This document shows, one piece after another, positions 61,734 to 64,000 of a stretch of 64,000 nucleotides of DNA; the first letter of the stretch is position 1, and each line of letters begins with the position of its first letter. This DNA is from Eutreptiella sp. 'Long Island Sound 2002' (taxonomy: Eukaryota > Protista > Euglenida). A program made the position numbers and the translations under genes. The stretch is taken from the NCBI GenBank assembly GCA_964036045.1, contig OZ038378.1, forward strand, positions 173,104,001 through 173,168,000, written 5' to 3'. The notes beneath the pieces were generated by a model. It had not been told where the DNA came from and did no database searches. It was given only the letters and a program-made list of their open reading frames with translations.

Positions 61734-62586
61734 TAGGTAATCAGTTTGAGGATACACATCGGTAGGGGTTGGGCCGAGGTCCAACTTTGAACAACTCCCA
61801 CAACTGGCCCCTTGTTCAGAACAATGGACCGCAATGTTTGGTCTATGCTGTTGAGGGTGCACACATGTAGTGCGGACAATGCCGGCTCATGCCCCGGATG
61901 TGGGTGTGACCAACCAATCAATTGCCCTCCCAACCTTGAGCCCCACTCCACTGCTCGGCCCGTTCATCAACTCCCACAGTGCATGCGCATTTGTGTTTCA
62001 TGGCTTGGAATGTATAACCCCCCTGCCTCACCTTGACTCCCTTCGTCTTCTCGCCCCCCAACACACCTATTGTCTTCTTTCTTTCCCCCGCAAGCTGCGA
62101 TATTGCTTGGTTCCATTTCAAGAGTAGGCTCTCTTGCAATTCTACTCTCAACCTCTGTCCTTCTATATTGTGCATGTCATGTTCCTCCTTTAGCGTCTAT
62201 TGTTGCCACAGGGGGGGGACGTCTCCTTGCTTTTGTACGCGACCCCCCCCCAAGTAGAAGTGGGCCGAAGGCCCCCAGGGGGGGGGGGGGGGGATTGGAG
62301 GGGAGGGTTCAGGGAGGGGCGATGGGGGGGGGGCGGTTGGGGGGGGGGTCCAAGTGGGGCGATTTGGGGTGGGGGGGGGGGGGGGCACAGGCTCCCCATA
62401 CCTCCCCTTGCCATCCATCTAACCATACCATCACCATAAACCTAACCCTAACCTTTGCAGCCAGTTGGTTTGGCGATGCCAGCCATGTTGATTGGGCTGA
62501 ACAAGATCCCCCAAATTTCGTTCATGGCTGCTTTTGCCACATCATTGCTCTCCATTTTGGACCCCAAAACTCACTCTAACCCGAGC

Positions 62587-63846
62587 TTAGGGTGAGAGCT
62601 AGGGCTAGGGGCAGGGCTAGGGTTAGGGTCACCGAGCTGGTGGAACCAGTCTTGGTTTTATAACCCTTTTTGGTGTCTAGGGTGGACCTACCAGGTTTAG
62701 CAGCAGCAGCAGCAAGCAGCAAGCAGCAGCACGCGCGAAATGGGCAAAAATCAGACCTCCGTCGTGGTGCTTTGGATTTGGGTGAAATTTTGGTGCATGA
62801 TACCTATGGGTGTGAAGTACAATCACACAAAGTTTGAGCAAGAAACTCAACGGTGGCGGCCGGGAACGGGATTCGCAAGTGGCAGACCTCAGTTTCAAAA
62901 GCTGCAGTTTAGGGCCAAAAACAGCCATTTTTGGGCCAAAAAAGCACTGGAACACACTCAAAACGGCCAAACGAAGGGAAACAGTAGGTGCACTCCACGT
63001 GCAGCTTCACTTCCCCGTGTCAATGAGCTCTTCGTGGCCCTCTAACTCCATGATATGTCCCGGAAACGGCCCAAAAAGGCCCCCAAAAGCTGTAGATTGG
63101 CTGCCGACAGCCACAAACCAAGAATAGGCCATATCTTTGGCTACATGGCTCAAAATGCGATTCCGAAGGCACCTACTCCACCCGCAACCCCCCACTTTTT
63201 GTGGTTTCCACCCCTCCAAATTGCCCAAATGGACGCCTAGACCTCCATACCTAGGCCCACTAGGCTGCGGCAAGCTACAAGCTCAAGCCCAAACAGGTGG
63301 GTGCCCAAACGGGTCAACAGGGTCCAGTAGGGGCAAAAAAAGACTTTTCTCCAAAATGATCCTAGACCATGTGCGACCCTAAAACAAGTGTTTTTGGACC
63401 GTTTTGAGCTTGTGGTGGCCCATTTTGGTCCTCCAAAAATCCCAAATGCCTTGAAAATGGGCTGTTTTGGGACCAAAAATGGGTCAAAAATGGGTCAAAA
63501 CCGCGTTTTTCCAAACCTCATCCTAGACCATTCGGGGTGCACAAACGGGTGAAATGAGCCCATTTTGAGCCCATTTTGGGGCATTTTGGCCCCTCAGAAG
63601 TCCAAAAAGCCTTGAAAGTGGGCCTCGTGGTGATGGGGTTCACTTGCAAGCTGATTCCACTTTGTCAAGAGCCATCAATGTGTGAATCATTCTTGATGTC
63701 CCTCACCAGTCATAGCTGATGTTCCCTCCCCCACCAGCTCGGTCCCAATATTCAGTCTTGATTAGGGCTAGGGTCACCGAGCTGGTGGAACCAGTCTTGG
63801 TTTTATAACCCTTTTTAGGGTCTAGGGTGGACCTACCAGGTTTAGC

Positions 63847-63877
<31 letters not shown>

Positions 63878-64000
63878 GCACGCGCGAAATGGGGAAAAAT
63901 CAGAACTCCGTCGTGGTGCTTCAGACTCGGGTGAAATTTTCGTGCATGATACCTATGGGTGTGAAGTACAATCACACAAAGTTTGAGCAAGAAACTCAAC
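62587..64000 (+). repeat. Repeat unit starting at telomere-like hexamers; two copies 1145 bp apart (62629 and 63774)
   Basis: 62587-62628 is seven in-register hexamers (TTAGGG, TGAGAG, CTAGGG x2, GCAGGG, CTAGGG, TTAGGG). 62629-62850 nearly matches 63774-64000. Confidence 0.85.

Noticed and set aside
1-64000. tRNA, rRNA and SL-RNA genes; non-conventional euglenid introns
   Set aside because: None was recognised by eye and all modelled introns are GT-AG. tRNAscan/Infernal and RNA-seq would be needed to exclude them.

Overview
Eukaryotic nuclear DNA, most likely from a photosynthetic euglenid (Eutreptiella-like; inference). Support: GT-AG introns, AG acceptors with pyrimidine tracts a few nt before start codons (consistent with spliced-leader trans-splicing), a plastid protein with a two-TM euglenid-type presequence, an LHCII relic with a polyprotein-type linker, and mitochondrial HslU. 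Six genes are supported: (1) a ~1340-aa coiled-coil protein with an acidic FDSD-repeat tail (2 exons, +); (2) a SHOCT-like + 3xCCHC zinc-knuckle protein (-); (3) an intronless secreted PhoD-family phosphatase (-); (4) an intronless F-box-like/LRR protein (-); (5) 5-exon hslU (-); (6) an intronless plastid-targeted mnmE/trmE (-). An Lhcb pseudogene with coding blocks out of order lies directly downstream of mnmE. The rest is intron and intergenic DNA rich in small TIR elements, including a set with poly-C-TTG...CAA-poly-G ends (three with TA on both sides). It also holds a DIRS/VIPER-like RT-RNaseH remnant, a TIR element carrying a PHD-finger fragment, mini- and microsatellites, and a repeat starting at telomere-like hexamers. 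No rRNA, tRNA or CRISPR was recognised. All family assignments come from motif recognition by eye, without database searches.
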